From positions 1 to 46,356 of the forward strand of contig JAZLFR010000018.1 in NCBI GenBank assembly GCA_045615885.1: a stretch of DNA of 46,356 nt. Reading direction: 5' to 3'. This DNA comes from Fibrobacteraceae bacterium (GTDB taxonomy: Bacteria; Fibrobacterota; Fibrobacteria; Fibrobacterales; Fibrobacteraceae). A program made the position numbers and the translations under genes. Under the pieces are notes generated by a model, which was not told the DNA's origin, did not search any database, and saw nothing but the letters and a program-made list of their open reading frames with translations. Below are positions 44,391-46,356 of the stretch, piece after piece; position 1 is the first letter of the stretch, and each line of letters starts with the position of its first letter.

Positions 44391-44759
44391 ATGAACGAAA
44401 AGCTATTCGCCGACAGATTGAGGGCAATAAGAATCGCTCGCGGAATGTCGCAGGAAGAAATGGCGAAGAAACTAGGAACGAGCAAGCAGGTAATAAGCCG
44501 ATACGAAACAGCGCAAAGAATACCAAAGATCAGCGCGGTAGAAGAATATGCCAAAAAACTAGGCGTTGATATAATGTATTTTCTTGGAGGGAACGACAGC
44601 GCAAATATAGATTGCTTGTCCGAAGCAGAGAAAGAGTTAATTGGATATTTTCGCACCATGACAGCCGAAAGCCGCCAGAGCATTTTGCAAATTTCAGCAA
44701 ATCTCGCCGCTCTCGGTCAACAAAAAAATAACGCCGATCCCGCTGTGGAAACGGCATAA
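44391..44759 (+). CDS. cI-like HTH (XRE) repressor
   Basis: LRAIRIARGMSQEEMAKKLGTSKQVISRYE; GAGGAGG RBS; same orientation as the integrase. Confidence 0.65.
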   Translation: MNEKLFADRLRAIRIARGMSQEEMAKKLGTSKQVISRYETAQRIPKISAVEEYAKKLGVDIMYFLGGNDSANIDCLSEAEKELIGYFRTMTAESRQSILQISANLAALGQQKNNADPAVETA

Positions 44760-44779
44760 TTTGTAAAGGAGATATTATA

Positions 44780-45070
44780 ATGAAAAAGAGTTCTCGCAAA
44801 TTGGAAACGTGGTGCGATACACTTGAGGTGGTTGCTTGGATAAATTTTGGTGCCACCGCTTTGGCTGGTGTAATCGGTTTATTCTCCGGCATGGCGTATC
44901 TTCTTTTGGCGGTGGTCGTCGGCTTACTTTCTGTCGCCGTTTGCAAAATCATTATTCAATCTGCATATAACATTGCCGACATTCGGGATAAATTGTGCGG
45001 TGAAGATAATGCGGATTGCCCCGACGAAAGACAAGACGGATATTTCAAGCCCGCTAATCGCGTAAAATAA
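44780..45070 (+). CDS. Small two-TM membrane protein (possible superinfection-exclusion-type lysogeny gene)
   Basis: Two hydrophobic helices; sits between cI and int. Confidence 0.4.
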   Translation: MKKSSRKLETWCDTLEVVAWINFGATALAGVIGLFSGMAYLLLAVVVGLLSVAVCKIIIQSAYNIADIRDKLCGEDNADCPDERQDGYFKPANRVK

Positions 45071-45112
45071 AAAAACAGCCGTCACGGTGCTGGAACACCG
45101 TGACGGCTCATA
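45071..45112 (-). terminator. Terminator-like hairpin (cagccgtcacggtg-ctggaa-caccgtgacggct) with an A-run on the + side, i.e. a U-run on the minus strand
   Basis: 13/14-bp stem. Confidence 0.4.
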
Positions 45113-45177
45113 CGGGGTGGATTTCTTGACCGACAATCCACCTCGGATTATATCAAATAATCGGAGGTTTTGCAACT

Positions 45178-46272
45178 ATGCCAAAGAAGAAAATAGACTA
45201 TGCCGCCATGTTTACCTTGCGAAAAGACGGGCGGTATTGCAAGCGCCTGCCGGACGGGCGTTATCTATACGACAAAGACCCCGAGGCGCTTTTCCGCAAG
45301 GTGGAGGCGGCGAAGCCCCGCGCCATGACCTTTAAGGAAGTCGCGGAGGATTGGGAAGTCAACCACGTTGAGAAGCTGGAGAGATCTTCCCAAGCGACAT
45401 ACCGCGCCCCGCTCCGCGAGGCTATAAAACAATTTGGCGAAAAGCCCATCGACGAGATCGACGCCGCCGACATCGACCGCATCCTGCTCGCCGAGAAAGA
45501 CAAGGGCTATTCCTACAAGCACGCCGCCATGACCAAGAGCATCTACAAGCAGATATTCGACCGCGCTATTATCCTCCGGCAGATAAAGCATAACCCATGC
45601 TCGGCAGTCAGAGTGCCGAGAGGCCTCGCCAAGGGCACCGTGGAAGCGCCGACGGAAGAAGTGCAGAAAACCATAAGCCGCAATCTGGACAAGCCGGGCG
45701 GGCGCTTTATCGCCTTTCTGCTCTACTCCGGCATGAGGACGCAGGAGATCGCCGCGCTTCGCTGGGGCGATGTGGACGAGAAGCACGGCACAATCCGCAT
45801 AGACCGCGCCGCCGATCTCCACGGCACGCCCATCATCAAGGACACCAAGACGGAAAACGGGCGGCGGGAGATCCCCATACTGGACGCGCTGCGCCCGTTC
45901 ATTGCCAGGCCAAAAGGCGCAAAGCCGGACGATTATATTTTCAATCGAAACGGAAAAATCATGACGCGCTCGCAGATCAACACGCTTTATATCAACTGGT
46001 GCCGCGCCGCCGGTCTCGCGCATCAGGTGGTGTTCACGAACCGCCACCGCGGAAAAAAGGAGTGCACCCGCCACGAGTGGAGGCCGGATATAAACCTCCA
46101 CCAGTTCCGCCACAACTTCGCCACAGTCTGCATCGAACAAGACCTTGACGATATGGCGATCCAGGAGCTAATGGGTCACGCAGACGTCGGTTTCACCAAG
46201 AAACAATATGCCACATTACGCGCCCGAAAAAAGGCATCCGAAGTGGCAAAGCTCAACGCCGGTTTTATGTAA
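45178..46272 (+). CDS. int: Tyrosine site-specific integrase
   Basis: C-terminal catalytic residues ...HQFRHNFAT...LMGHADVGFTKKQYA (R..H..R..Y). Confidence 0.85.
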   Translation: MPKKKIDYAAMFTLRKDGRYCKRLPDGRYLYDKDPEALFRKVEAAKPRAMTFKEVAEDWEVNHVEKLERSSQATYRAPLREAIKQFGEKPIDEIDAADIDRILLAEKDKGYSYKHAAMTKSIYKQIFDRAIILRQIKHNPCSAVRVPRGLAKGTVEAPTEEVQKTISRNLDKPGGRFIAFLLYSGMRTQEIAALRWGDVDEKHGTIRIDRAADLHGTPIIKDTKTENGRREIPILDALRPFIARPKGAKPDDYIFNRNGKIMTRSQINTLYINWCRAAGLAHQVVFTNRHRGKKECTRHEWRPDINLHQFRHNFATVCIEQDLDDMAIQELMGHADVGFTKKQYATLRARKKASEVAKLNAGFM

Positions 46273-46356
46273 TTTGTCGCCGCCGTTGTCAAACTCTGAA
46301 TTTATCCAGATTTATCAACCATTTTTTGTTAGTTCGAGTCTTGTATCGTCCACCAA
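46216..46356. repeat. Terminal direct repeat, copy 2 (circular-genome overlap or attL/attR)
   Basis: Identical to 1..141. Confidence 0.9.

Overview
This window reads as a complete temperate siphovirus-like phage genome of about 46.2 kb with roughly 58-60% GC. It is closed by a 141-bp direct repeat: 1..141 is identical to 46216..46356. The host is probably a high-GC Firmicutes/Clostridia-type bacterium, but that is a guess.

Layout:
- Lysogeny module at the right end, on the + strand: cI-like repressor, a small membrane protein and a tyrosine integrase, facing a divergent cro-like gene with shared operator repeats.
- Long minus-strand early/replication operon (44232 down to 29248): SPFH protein, small HTH/AbrB regulators, ArpU-like regulator, replisome-organizer Rep protein with internal iterons, RecU-like nuclease, N6/N4 methyltransferase, an unusual circularly permuted C5-cytosine methyltransferase, DUF3102, DUF551 and ASCH proteins, and many small zinc-ribbon proteins.
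- A + strand block of small genes (25499..28746, including a J-domain protein) driven by a perfect consensus sigma70 promoter embedded in four direct repeats, opposite a divergent ribbon-helix-helix gene.
- Minus-strand late operon (24487 down to 384): HNH endonuclease, putative cos region, TerS, TerL, portal, protease, HK97-fold major capsid protein with an Ig-like C-terminal domain, connector proteins, major tail protein, a tail chaperone with an A9 slippery site (-1 frameshift), tape measure protein, tail and fibre genes, and the lysis cassette (XhlA-like, holin, Amidase_5 endolysin).

The main finding is a complete diversity-generating retroelement (DGR) inside the tail module: target gene, avd, template repeat (TR) and reverse transcriptase (RT). 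The 101-bp TR/VR pair differs at 10 positions, every one a template adenine.
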